The notes under the pieces are model-generated. The model saw only the letters and a list, made by a program, of their open reading frames with translations, did not search any database and was not told where the DNA came from. The translations under genes were made by a program, and so were the position numbers. Below, piece after piece: positions 36,088 through 44,125 of a stretch of DNA of 64,000 bases (position 1 is its first letter; the number at the start of each line of letters is the position of its first letter). The DNA is from Paludibacteraceae bacterium. GTDB taxonomy: Bacteria > Bacteroidota > Bacteroidia > Bacteroidales > Paludibacteraceae. The stretch lies in contig JAFSMP010000022.1 of NCBI GenBank assembly GCA_017447875.1, positions 366 to 64,365 on the forward strand, read 5' to 3'.

Positions 36088-39000
36088 TTAGAACGGGTAG
36101 CCGATGCCGAAGTTGAGTCGGAGGGATTGCCATGCGTTGGGCAGATTGTAGTAGGTTTTGATGGGTCGGTCGTAGTCGGGTTTGCCGTCTTTGTATTTGA
36201 AGGTCTGATAAGGCGCATGTATCGCTACGCCGAGGTCAAGACGGATAACGAGTCCTTCGATATCGAGTCGGAGACCGGTACCGGTTCCGAGGGCTATCTG
36301 CTGCGCGAGGTACTTATTACGCAGGAGTCCGTCGTAGAGCTCGTCATGGATGTCCATCCAGTTGAGATAGCTCTGATAGTCGGCTTCGGTCATGTCTTCT
36401 GACGAGTTATACCAGTTCCAGACGTTACCGGCATCGACGAAGAAAGCGCCGAAGAGTTTCCATACGATCGGGAAGCGCAGTTCGACATTGGCTTCGAGTT
36501 TGACATCTCCGGCATGGAAGAAGTTCTGGCTGTACTTAAAGCTATGGAAGTTACCGGGTCCGTAGGCATAGGGCGCGGAGGCTCTGAGGCTGTTGGGTCC
36601 GCCGGTATAGAGTCCTTCGGAGAGGGGCGAGGAGTTCGAGTTACCGATAGGGATATTCGCTCCGGCGTAGAGTCGTGTAGCGATGCAGACCTGATCGGTA
36701 AGGTTGAACTTGTTATGCAGTTCAGCGGTGAGTTTGACGAACTGGTTGAAGGTGATATGTCCGAAGGGTTTGTTTTTGGTATTCCAGTTATACCCGAAGG
36801 CGCAGTAGATGGTATTGATGAGGTTACCGGCTTCCTTGAACTCGAGGTCGATCATGGTGTTGACTGGGCGTTTGGAGCGGTAGTTATTATAGGTAAACTC
36901 ATATCCTACGGCCGGCACGAACTCGTCGGAGGCGAGCAGTTTGAGGAGTTGCGGATTATCGGCTGCCCGACGGATAAGGCTGTCCGACTCGGCCTTCATA
37001 TGCACGATAGAGAGGGAGAAAGGCGTGAAGGCATGGGTGACGAACTTACTGCGCGGCGAGCGGAAGAAATAGGTGAGCGCACCGGATATCTTATGCACGC
37101 CGTAACCGCCGGCGATATTCTCATAGCCGTATCCGACGCGGTAACGTGTGTCGCCATCGGGTTTGTCATCGGTAGCCCAATGGAGGTACGGGAAGATAAG
37201 CGCTGCGTCAACGCCGAGTTTGTAGGTATCGGATCGTTTGGGATCGCCCGGGTTGCGTTCACGCAGGGTCCAGTAGTACGCACCGTAACCTTTGACGGAG
37301 AAGGTCTCGTTATGGCCCATGAGGTTGCGTATGGAGGACTTAAGGGATATATTCGGTCCGACGCTGTTGTTGGAACGGTAGGCAACGTCTGCGTCTGCTA
37401 CGATGCCGTAGGTGCGGGTGATCGAATCGGAGCGGTAGAGCTCGTTTTTCTTCCAGTCATGGGTGACGCGGAGACCGATGCCGGATTTCTGCAGGTCGCC
37501 CTCGAGGATGTTGTTATAGTCGCGTTGTGTGAAGGCGCGGAGGAGGATGTTACCGTCCTTGGTGAGTTTGTATTCGCCGGCAGCCATACCGTACAGACCG
37601 ACGGCATTGCTGGCCTCGGGATTATCCATGATAGAGGCACCGACGGTAATCTTAAACCGATCATGGAAGAAGGACTTACTGAGCGACACGCCGATGTCGT
37701 TGGCGGTACCGGTAGCCCGTTCGTTCTCGGAACTGCTGATGTTGATATCGACCACTTTGCCGCGTTTGGAGTTGGTCATCGAGGCGTCTATACGACTGTT
37801 GATGATGCTGGTGAGCGCATATCCGTCGTGTTGCGCGGCGACGTTACTCTCGCCCATGTACATACCGGTAGCGAGCAGGACGGCCGCCAACTCTTCGCGT
37901 CGGTCCTCATCGAGCGAGGCGAGTTCTTCGGAGACAACCTCATCCTTGGGTGCCTCGAGGAAGAAACCGATAGCTCCGAGGTCAATAGAGTCGAGCACGC
38001 CTTGCACGCGCACGCCGGTAGTGAAATCGACGGAGCGGACCTGCTCTCCTTCGGACTGGATGTTCGCCTTCACTTTCTGCGAAGCGGAGACGTCCAGGTG
38101 GGTCTGGCCGAGAGGTCCATGGAAAGTGATATGACTGCCGGAGTCGACATGGAAAGGCATGATGGGGTATATCTTCGGCGAGTAACGGATGAAACCGGAG
38201 TCGACGTTGATCCGTCCGTCGAGGTCGAGTGCGCCGTCAGCGGTACCATAACGGACGTTGACCGTACCGTGCGGTTTGACCTGGGCGAGGTTTTTCTTAT
38301 CGATGGGATACGTGATGTCGGTGACAGGCAGGAGGGTGATGTCCACATCAGCTAGGATGCTGTCCATGGGACCGGTGACGTGTCCTCGGATGTCGGTAGC
38401 CAGTTCGCCGTACACAGGCAGCGGACCGTCTTGCGGCAGTTTGACCGGTGCAAAACTGTCGGCAGCGAGGGTGATGTCGAGTCGCATGCTATCGAGGTCG
38501 AGTCCACCGGAGAGGGCGATGAAAGTGCTGTCCGCGGCGTATATCGGCAGGCCGTTGAGGTCGATATGGTTATGTGACATGACGATCGGTGTCTCACCCA
38601 AACCGATGGCGATGTCATAAGGCTTGTATTCAGCGGACACGCCGACCGGTTGCACTTCGGCGGATATATCCGTCTGATGGGGCAGTCCATCGATGGAGGC
38701 GGAGGCGCGTACGGCACCGCGCATGGCGATATCGGGCAGGTCGAGGAAGGCTTCGGCTATATCGAGCGGTATATCATCCAGTTGGATGTCTGCCTTTAGA
38801 GCGTTGGCATAGAGGGAGGAAGGGGTGATATGCATATCGACGGCATGGTTGCCGAGGTTGGTCGGTCCGTACATGAGACTGTCCAGGGTGAGCCGTCCGT
38901 CGCCGTAGAGGGCGTTCTCGTTGCGACTGATATCCATCCGGAGCGTGGCATCGGTGCACAGCTCGTTGGTATCGGTGGTGAGATCGACGATATGGGAGGT

Positions 39001-40872
39001 AGCGAGCAGGGAAGCGTTGGTGCGACCGTCCGTCATATCCACGCCCAGGGATGCCTCGATAGCCGGTAAGGTGGGCTGTTCGTAGGTAGCCGCATCGAGC
39101 ATGATGTTCGTTCGATCCGTATCGGAACGGAGCGCCAGTGCGACGGACTGAAGGTCGATGCCGGTGCTGTCGATGAAGGGTTGGAGGGGACTGCCTTTGT
39201 GCAGCGCTATGTCGGCTTGCAGTGCCGGGATGCGTTGGCGGATAGTGTCGAGCAGGGTGAGGTCCGAAAGGGAGGTGATGGCCTGCAGGACGGCGGAGTC
39301 ACTGACGACCTTCAGCAGAGGTTGGAGTTCGTCAATGAATGGCATGACCTGCATCGGTGCAGAGGCAGAGACGGACAGGTTGCGGGTGGCGAGTGCGACG
39401 GCGGTAGTGCTGTCGGTGGTGAAGTCGACGAAGAGGCTGTCGGCATGTATTTTCTCGCCTGCCACGCGTGTATGAAGGTCACGTATCTGCGCATGATAAT
39501 CGACGGTCATGCGGTTGGGTTTCATGAAGTCATGCACGCTGAACTGATGTTCGGTCTGCGCCCGAAGCGGTAAGGCGGTGTCGTTCATGACGACGGGCAG
39601 ATGGAGGTTACCGGTGACGGTCTTGTCGGCCAAGGCAGCCTCGAGGTTGAGTCCGGAGACGTTGATGTTCTCATAGACGGCGTCGGTCAGGTGCATCTGC
39701 ACGTTCGCGCGCATCGCCTTGGAGTTAGGATCGAGTCCTTTTCCGGCTGCCTGCAGATCACCTGCCAATATGACACGAGGGTTATCGGGTAAGAACGCAC
39801 TGAGGTTGACGCGTCCGATGTTCGCTTGGATGTCATACGCCTCGTCGTCTATGTCGTAGAAACCACGCACACGGGCTTGCGATCCTTGGTATTCGGCATC
39901 GGCGGTGAGGTCGACGCGCATGGTAGCCAGGTCCAAGGCGGAGGTAGCAAGATCGAGGGTGGCTCCCATCTCGGAGGACCGGGCATGCAGTCCCTCGGTA
40001 GTGATGATGTCATGGGCTATATCGACATACGCACCGCCGTAGAGGGTGTCCGCCGGGATATAGAGTTGATTGAGCGAGAACGTGAGCTGCGAAGCATCGA
40101 GGCGGTGGGCATCGTACAGGTTCGCTCCTACGTCCACCAGCACATCGGTGGCGAGTTGGTCGGTTCGTATATCCATGCCGAGCGGCGTCATCCGATAGTG
40201 GATATTCCGCAAGAGTCCTTCGGTGATGTCGAACGCCAAGAGGAGGGGTGTGGTGTCCTGGACGGCGGTGTCGGGTGCGGTAGGTCTGAGGTCGATGCCC
40301 ACTTCGGCATCGGAGATACGCAGACTGTGGAGAGGGTACTGCCCTTGGGCTATCAACAGTTGTGGACTGGAGAGAGCCAGTTCGCTCAGCACCACATCGA
40401 CTCCTACGGCAGCGATGAGACTGTCGGAATGGAAGGTCACTTGGTCGAGACGCAATGTGTCGACTATGATGGGGATAGAAGTGAAACCGGCTCCGCCTGC
40501 GAGACCGTTATCACTATGGGAAGTGAGCAGTTTGGCGTTTAACTGCAGGGCTTGGACATAGACAAGAGTGTCCTGTCCGCGATGACCGATAAAGAGATTA
40601 TCTATCTGCACTTCGACCGGCAGGTCTTCTTTGCCTTTGTACGCCCGGTAGAGCAAGGTCGGATGCTGATGGAAAGGCGAGAGGTAGAGTTGGTCCAGGT
40701 CGATGTCGTAACTCAACTGGTTATTGGCGATGATGACGGCCTTGTGCAGGATATGGATGCGGAAAGAAGGCACATAGAGTGCGATGGCTACTGCTATGAG
40801 CAGTAACACCGCCACCTCTAACGCCACACTAAGGACAGTCAGAAACCCTTTAAAAACTCTTCTGTACTCCAA
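36088..40872 (-). CDS. TamB/AsmA-like protein fused to a C-terminal Omp85 (BamA/TamA-type) beta-barrel
   Basis: N-terminal signal-anchor VLSVALEVAVLLLIAVAIALYV. About 1100 aa of beta-rich repeat ending in a DUF490-like segment (GEYKLTKDGNILLRAF...GIGLRVTHDW). The last ~450 aa carry Omp85 barrel hallmarks (VELRFPIVWKLFGAFFVDAGNVWN, GTGTGLRLDIEGLVIRLDLG, terminal GIGYPF). Confidence 0.75.
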   Translation of the reverse strand: MEYRRVFKGFLTVLSVALEVAVLLLIAVAIALYVPSFRIHILHKAVIIANNQLSYDIDLDQLYLSPFHQHPTLLYRAYKGKEDLPVEVQIDNLFIGHRGQDTLVYVQALQLNAKLLTSHSDNGLAGGAGFTSIPIIVDTLRLDQVTFHSDSLIAAVGVDVVLSELALSSPQLLIAQGQYPLHSLRISDAEVGIDLRPTAPDTAVQDTTPLLLAFDITEGLLRNIHYRMTPLGMDIRTDQLATDVLVDVGANLYDAHRLDASQLTFSLNQLYIPADTLYGGAYVDIAHDIITTEGLHARSSEMGATLDLATSALDLATMRVDLTADAEYQGSQARVRGFYDIDDEAYDIQANIGRVNLSAFLPDNPRVILAGDLQAAGKGLDPNSKAMRANVQMHLTDAVYENINVSGLNLEAALADKTVTGNLHLPVVMNDTALPLRAQTEHQFSVHDFMKPNRMTVDYHAQIRDLHTRVAGEKIHADSLFVDFTTDSTTAVALATRNLSVSASAPMQVMPFIDELQPLLKVVSDSAVLQAITSLSDLTLLDTIRQRIPALQADIALHKGSPLQPFIDSTGIDLQSVALALRSDTDRTNIMLDAATYEQPTLPAIEASLGVDMTDGRTNASLLATSHIVDLTTDTNELCTDATLRMDISRNENALYGDGRLTLDSLMYGPTNLGNHAVDMHITPSSLYANALKADIQLDDIPLDIAEAFLDLPDIAMRGAVRASASIDGLPHQTDISAEVQPVGVSAEYKPYDIAIGLGETPIVMSHNHIDLNGLPIYAADSTFIALSGGLDLDSMRLDITLAADSFAPVKLPQDGPLPVYGELATDIRGHVTGPMDSILADVDITLLPVTDITYPIDKKNLAQVKPHGTVNVRYGTADGALDLDGRINVDSGFIRYSPKIYPIMPFHVDSGSHITFHGPLGQTHLDVSASQKVKANIQSEGEQVRSVDFTTGVRVQGVLDSIDLGAIGFFLEAPKDEVVSEELASLDEDRREELAAVLLATGMYMGESNVAAQHDGYALTSIINSRIDASMTNSKRGKVVDINISSSENERATGTANDIGVSLSKSFFHDRFKITVGASIMDNPEASNAVGLYGMAAGEYKLTKDGNILLRAFTQRDYNNILEGDLQKSGIGLRVTHDWKKNELYRSDSITRTYGIVADADVAYRSNNSVGPNISLKSSIRNLMGHNETFSVKGYGAYYWTLRERNPGDPKRSDTYKLGVDAALIFPYLHWATDDKPDGDTRYRVGYGYENIAGGYGVHKISGALTYFFRSPRSKFVTHAFTPFSLSIVHMKAESDSLIRRAADNPQLLKLLASDEFVPAVGYEFTYNNYRSKRPVNTMIDLEFKEAGNLINTIYCAFGYNWNTKNKPFGHITFNQFVKLTAELHNKFNLTDQVCIATRLYAGANIPIGNSNSSPLSEGLYTGGPNSLRASAPYAYGPGNFHSFKYSQNFFHAGDVKLEANVELRFPIVWKLFGAFFVDAGNVWNWYNSSEDMTEADYQSYLNWMDIHDELYDGLLRNKYLAQQIALGTGTGLRLDIEGLVIRLDLGVAIHAPYQTFKYKDGKPDYDRPIKTYYNLPNAWQSLRLNFGIGYPF

Positions 40873-41692
40873 ATCGCAAGCCGTATAAACCGGGCGTAAA
40901 CTGGTTCGCGATCATATTACGCAGTTTACCCGAGAAGATGATCACATCGTTCGTATATTCCTTGTATCGCTCACCCGTCAGCGGATCGCGGTAACAGAAA
41001 GTGGTGCCGCTGTATCCGAGACTGAGGATGGAGAAGAAGATCTGGAAAGTGCTCTTCTTATTAAACTGGTAGGTGATGACGGGCGAGATCTGAAAACCGT
41101 AGGAGATACTGTGTTTGAGTCCGTCGTAGTCGGTTCCGTGGACAATACCGTCGGTGACACGCGGAAACTCCATACCGGTGTAGAGGTGGGTCTCCATCCA
41201 TATGCCCACTTTGCCATCGAAGAGGGTCTTCATCCGGTAGCGGATGTACGGCGCCACTTCCCATGAGCCGTGGTGAATACGGAGGTCAGTGGTGTAGGTA
41301 GTATCGATAAACTCCATGACGGAGGTGGTGACGGTATTGGCATAACTGCCACCGACACGGAGACCGAGATGGATGCGGTCGGTCAGGCGCCATCCTATCT
41401 CCGGAGAGAGGGCGATAGACCAACCGTTCTCCTTGCGATCCGAACGGGAGTCATGATGGAAATAGATGTCGAAGTTATACCCGTAGTAGAGTTTCTTCTT
41501 CCATATCGGCACCTGCGGAGGAGCCACTGCGATACTGTCCTCTACCGTACTGGTCTCACCGGCGATAGCAGCCACCGAAGTCATACCATCCACGATATGA
41601 TCATCCTGGGCTTGGGTCGTGATGGCGATGAGCATCAGTGCAACCAGCAAGATATAGCACTTATTTTTGTTCGCTCTCATGTTTCTGATCAT
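40850..41692 (-). CDS. hypothetical outer-membrane beta-barrel protein
   Basis: Signal peptide LVALMLIAITTQAQ, alternating strand pattern, terminal QKSF. It overlaps the TamB-like gene by 23 nt. Confidence 0.55.
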   Translation of the reverse strand: MIRNMRANKNKCYILLVALMLIAITTQAQDDHIVDGMTSVAAIAGETSTVEDSIAVAPPQVPIWKKKLYYGYNFDIYFHHDSRSDRKENGWSIALSPEIGWRLTDRIHLGLRVGGSYANTVTTSVMEFIDTTYTTDLRIHHGSWEVAPYIRYRMKTLFDGKVGIWMETHLYTGMEFPRVTDGIVHGTDYDGLKHSISYGFQISPVITYQFNKKSTFQIFFSILSLGYSGTTFCYRDPLTGERYKEYTNDVIIFSGKLRNMIANQFTPGLYGLRFGVQKSF

Positions 41693-43031
41693 TTTCCGAC
41701 ATGTTTCTGAAGAACAAGTCCACGATACGCTTGGTGATGAAGGTCTTGTCGATCACGCGACGCATAAGGCCTTTACCTGTAGCGGTCTTGCGCTCTGGTT
41801 TTCTTGCCGCAGCAGCCTGCTCCGCCAGTTCTACCTCCTGCTCACGTTTGTCGATCTTCGCTTTCAGACGCGGCGAGGCATGCTTGTAGAGGAAGTCGTA
41901 GCAAGGGATGGTGGCCTTCATGATATAGGGCGTGAGGAAGGTGGTGAGCACACTGGCTGCGACGATGATGGGATAGATAGCAGGATCGGTGACGTTAAGT
42001 TTGCTACCCAGTGCGGCGATGATGAAAGAGAACTCACCGATCTGGACGAACGAGAAACCGGTCTGCATAGCGTCTTTGAAGGTCTCACCGCCCCACCAGC
42101 AACCGAGGGTACCGAAGGTGATCATACCGACGATGATGACGATGGACACAAAGAGTATCGGAAGCCAGTATTCAACGAGTGAGGCAGGGTTGATCATCAT
42201 ACCTACGGAGACGAAGAAGATAGCAGCGAAGACGTTCTTGAGTGGCGCCATGAGTTTCTCTATCCGGTGAGCTTCCAGCGTCTCCGCCAACACCATACCC
42301 ATGACGAAAGCACCGAGAGCGCTACTGAATCCGGCTTCTTCGGCGGTGAGTACCATACCCAGGCACAGGCCTAAGGAGAGGATGATCAGGGTCTCGTCGT
42401 TGAGGTAAGGACGGACCTTGCGCAGGAAGGTAGGGATGATTAGGATACCGACCACGAACCAGACGGTGAGCGTGACTGCGAGCACGATGACCTTATTGAG
42501 CAGTTCGGCTCCTTCAAAACTATTCTTGACCGCCACGCTGGACAGCAAGACCAAGAGCACGACGGCTACTATATCTTCGAAGATAAGGATACTGGTAGCA
42601 CCCTTCACGAAGCGTGCTTTGCTCAGTCCGGCTTCGTCCACCGCCTTCATCACAATGGTGGTACTGGACATACAGAGCATGGCTGCCAGGAAGAGCGAGT
42701 TCATGTTATCAAGCAACGCGAAACGCCCGACGCCGTAACCCAAAACCAACATACCGATGATGATGGTAGCGGCACCGACGAGTGCTACTTTTCCACTCGC
42801 CAACAGGTTCTTAAGACGGAACTCCAGACCGATGCAGAACAACACGAAGAGCACGCCGATATTACCCCATGCTTCCACGTTTTCCGGATCGACGAAACTG
42901 CCACCGAAGAGGTTCGGTCCCACCACGATGCCGGCCACGATGTAACCCAATACAACCGGCTGCTTCAACAACTTAAACAGCAGACTCACGGCACCCGCCG
43001 TGATCATTAAGATATACAAATCATGTACCAT
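41661..43031 (-). CDS. cation:proton antiporter (CPA2/Kef-like)
   Basis: N-terminus LLFKLLKQPVVLGYIVAGIVVGP is the CPA2 signature region. About 12 TM helices and a basic C-terminal tail. Confidence 0.85.
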   Translation of the reverse strand: MVHDLYILMITAGAVSLLFKLLKQPVVLGYIVAGIVVGPNLFGGSFVDPENVEAWGNIGVLFVLFCIGLEFRLKNLLASGKVALVGAATIIIGMLVLGYGVGRFALLDNMNSLFLAAMLCMSSTTIVMKAVDEAGLSKARFVKGATSILIFEDIVAVVLLVLLSSVAVKNSFEGAELLNKVIVLAVTLTVWFVVGILIIPTFLRKVRPYLNDETLIILSLGLCLGMVLTAEEAGFSSALGAFVMGMVLAETLEAHRIEKLMAPLKNVFAAIFFVSVGMMINPASLVEYWLPILFVSIVIIVGMITFGTLGCWWGGETFKDAMQTGFSFVQIGEFSFIIAALGSKLNVTDPAIYPIIVAASVLTTFLTPYIMKATIPCYDFLYKHASPRLKAKIDKREQEVELAEQAAAARKPERKTATGKGLMRRVIDKTFITKRIVDLFFRNMSENDQKHESEQK

Positions 43032-43058
43032 AGTTCGGATAAACTATTAAATTAGGGT

Positions 43059-43091
43059 GCAAAAGTACAAAAAATAATTCATATTTACAAG
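43059..43091 (-). promoter_or_regulatory. promoter of the antiporter/OMP/TamB-like/prsW operon (-7 TACTTTTG)
   Basis: Minus strand CTTG, 21 nt, TACTTTTGCACCC. The -7 box lies 28 nt upstream of the ATG at 43031. Confidence 0.65.
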
Positions 43092-43126
43092 AAAATGCAG
43101 ATTTTTTGCATTTTTTTGTGAAAAAA

Positions 43127-43158
43127 TTTGGTCAATTCAAAAAAAAGCAGTACCTTTG
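43127..43158 (+). promoter_or_regulatory. tRNA-Arg promoter (TTTG-N20-TACCTTTG)
   Basis: TTTG at 43127-43130 and TACCTTTG at 43151-43158. It lies inside the 54-nt block (43122-43175) identical to 3406-3459 in inverse orientation. Confidence 0.75.
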
Positions 43159-43192
43159 CACCCGCTTTTGAAAAAACGAAGTAAAAAGTGTC

Positions 43193-43266
43193 GGTCCATT
43201 AGCTCAACTGAATAGAGTACCACACTACGGATGTGGGGGTTGCAGGTTTGAATCCTGCATGGATCA
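43193..43266 (+). tRNA. tRNA-Arg (anticodon ACG)
   Basis: Acceptor GGTCCAT/ATGGATC, anticodon stem CCACA/TGTGG with loop CTACGGA, T-arm GCAGG TTTGAAT CCTGC. Confidence 0.9.
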
Positions 43267-43284
43267 CGAGACATAAAATGAACG

Positions 43285-43322
43285 AGCGTCTGAAAGTTTA
43301 CTTTCAAGCGCTTGTTTGTTTT
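43285..43322 (+). terminator. rho-independent terminator after tRNA-Arg
   Basis: Long imperfect stem AGCGTCTGAAAGT/ACTTTCAAGCGCT followed by TGTTTGTTTT. Confidence 0.7.
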
Positions 43323-43375
43323 ATGGCTTGTAAGACGTCACACCGAAGGGTGACGGATTACGTAGAAATCCTGCA

Positions 43376-44125
43376 TCACCGTAGAAATCCTGCCTTATGG
43401 GCGGCTTTCTGTGTTAATAGACGTTGTTGGCGGGTCATCTGCGGGTTCTTGTAATGGTTGCAACGGACGTCTTTGCCGGTGAGGAACTCATACCAGACGC
43501 AGGCGGCGGTGTAACGACCGTAGATGTAGTTAAGGTGGTAGCCGTCACGGCAAAGCGTGTCGCCGAGTTTGGTCTGACGGGCAAGTTGGATGGCTTTTCC
43601 GCAGGGAATGACGGGAAGATTTTTCGGTGTACATACCACAATGCTATCCCACATCTCGGTTTGGGAATTATGGTAGAGGGGATAGGCGGGATGAGTAGCA
43701 TCCTGACTGTACGCCCAGGTCTGCATCCAGCATAGTTGTGCGTTCGGCTGATAGGCCCGGACGGTGTCAATGAGCATAGTGAGCCAGGGTTCGTAAGAAG
43801 CCCGGATACCGCTGTCATGGCTGGCTTGCTGCAGGGAGATATAATCGTAGGTGCCATCGCGCAAAGCCTGTCTTAAACTAATCGTATCCTTCACGATACG
43901 ATAATTTTGATTCGTACAGACTCTATGACTATAAGCAGCGGTGTCTTTGAGCAAGAACTCCGCATGTTGCTGCAGCGAACAACCTCCATAGTAGAGGTTA
44001 TGCACCTCGATGTCGATATGCTTCGCATCGCAAAGCGGCACGAGTTCCTGTTCAACGGCGTCCCAGGAGAAACTATTTCCTATACATAGGACGCGAATGA
44101 GTAATATAATATTAATGAGCTTCAA
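43376..44125 (-). CDS. SGNH/GDSL-like hydrolase family protein (DUF4886-like)
   Basis: N-terminal VLCIGNSFSWD (GDS(L)-type block I). The size and the remaining pattern fit DUF4886 from memory. Confidence 0.6.
   Translation of the reverse strand: MKLINIILLIRVLCIGNSFSWDAVEQELVPLCDAKHIDIEVHNLYYGGCSLQQHAEFLLKDTAAYSHRVCTNQNYRIVKDTISLRQALRDGTYDYISLQQASHDSGIRASYEPWLTMLIDTVRAYQPNAQLCWMQTWAYSQDATHPAYPLYHNSQTEMWDSIVVCTPKNLPVIPCGKAIQLARQTKLGDTLCRDGYHLNYIYGRYTAACVWYEFLTGKDVRCNHYKNPQMTRQQRLLTQKAAHKAGFLR

Noticed and set aside
36514-38355. 613-aa plus-strand ORF, together with 37529-38134, 38258-38620 and other ORFs in the same area.
   Set aside because: Antisense to the TamB/Omp85-like gene. G/V/D/E-rich low-information translation, no start context and no promoter. 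Shadow ORFs.
43361-43393. Possible att site: the repeated GAAATCCTGCAT resembles the tRNA-Arg 3' end (GAATCCTGCATGG).
   Set aside because: Only about 10 nt are shared, both copies are 100 nt from the tRNA itself, and no integrase or foreign-looking DNA is adjacent. It is more simply a local duplication.
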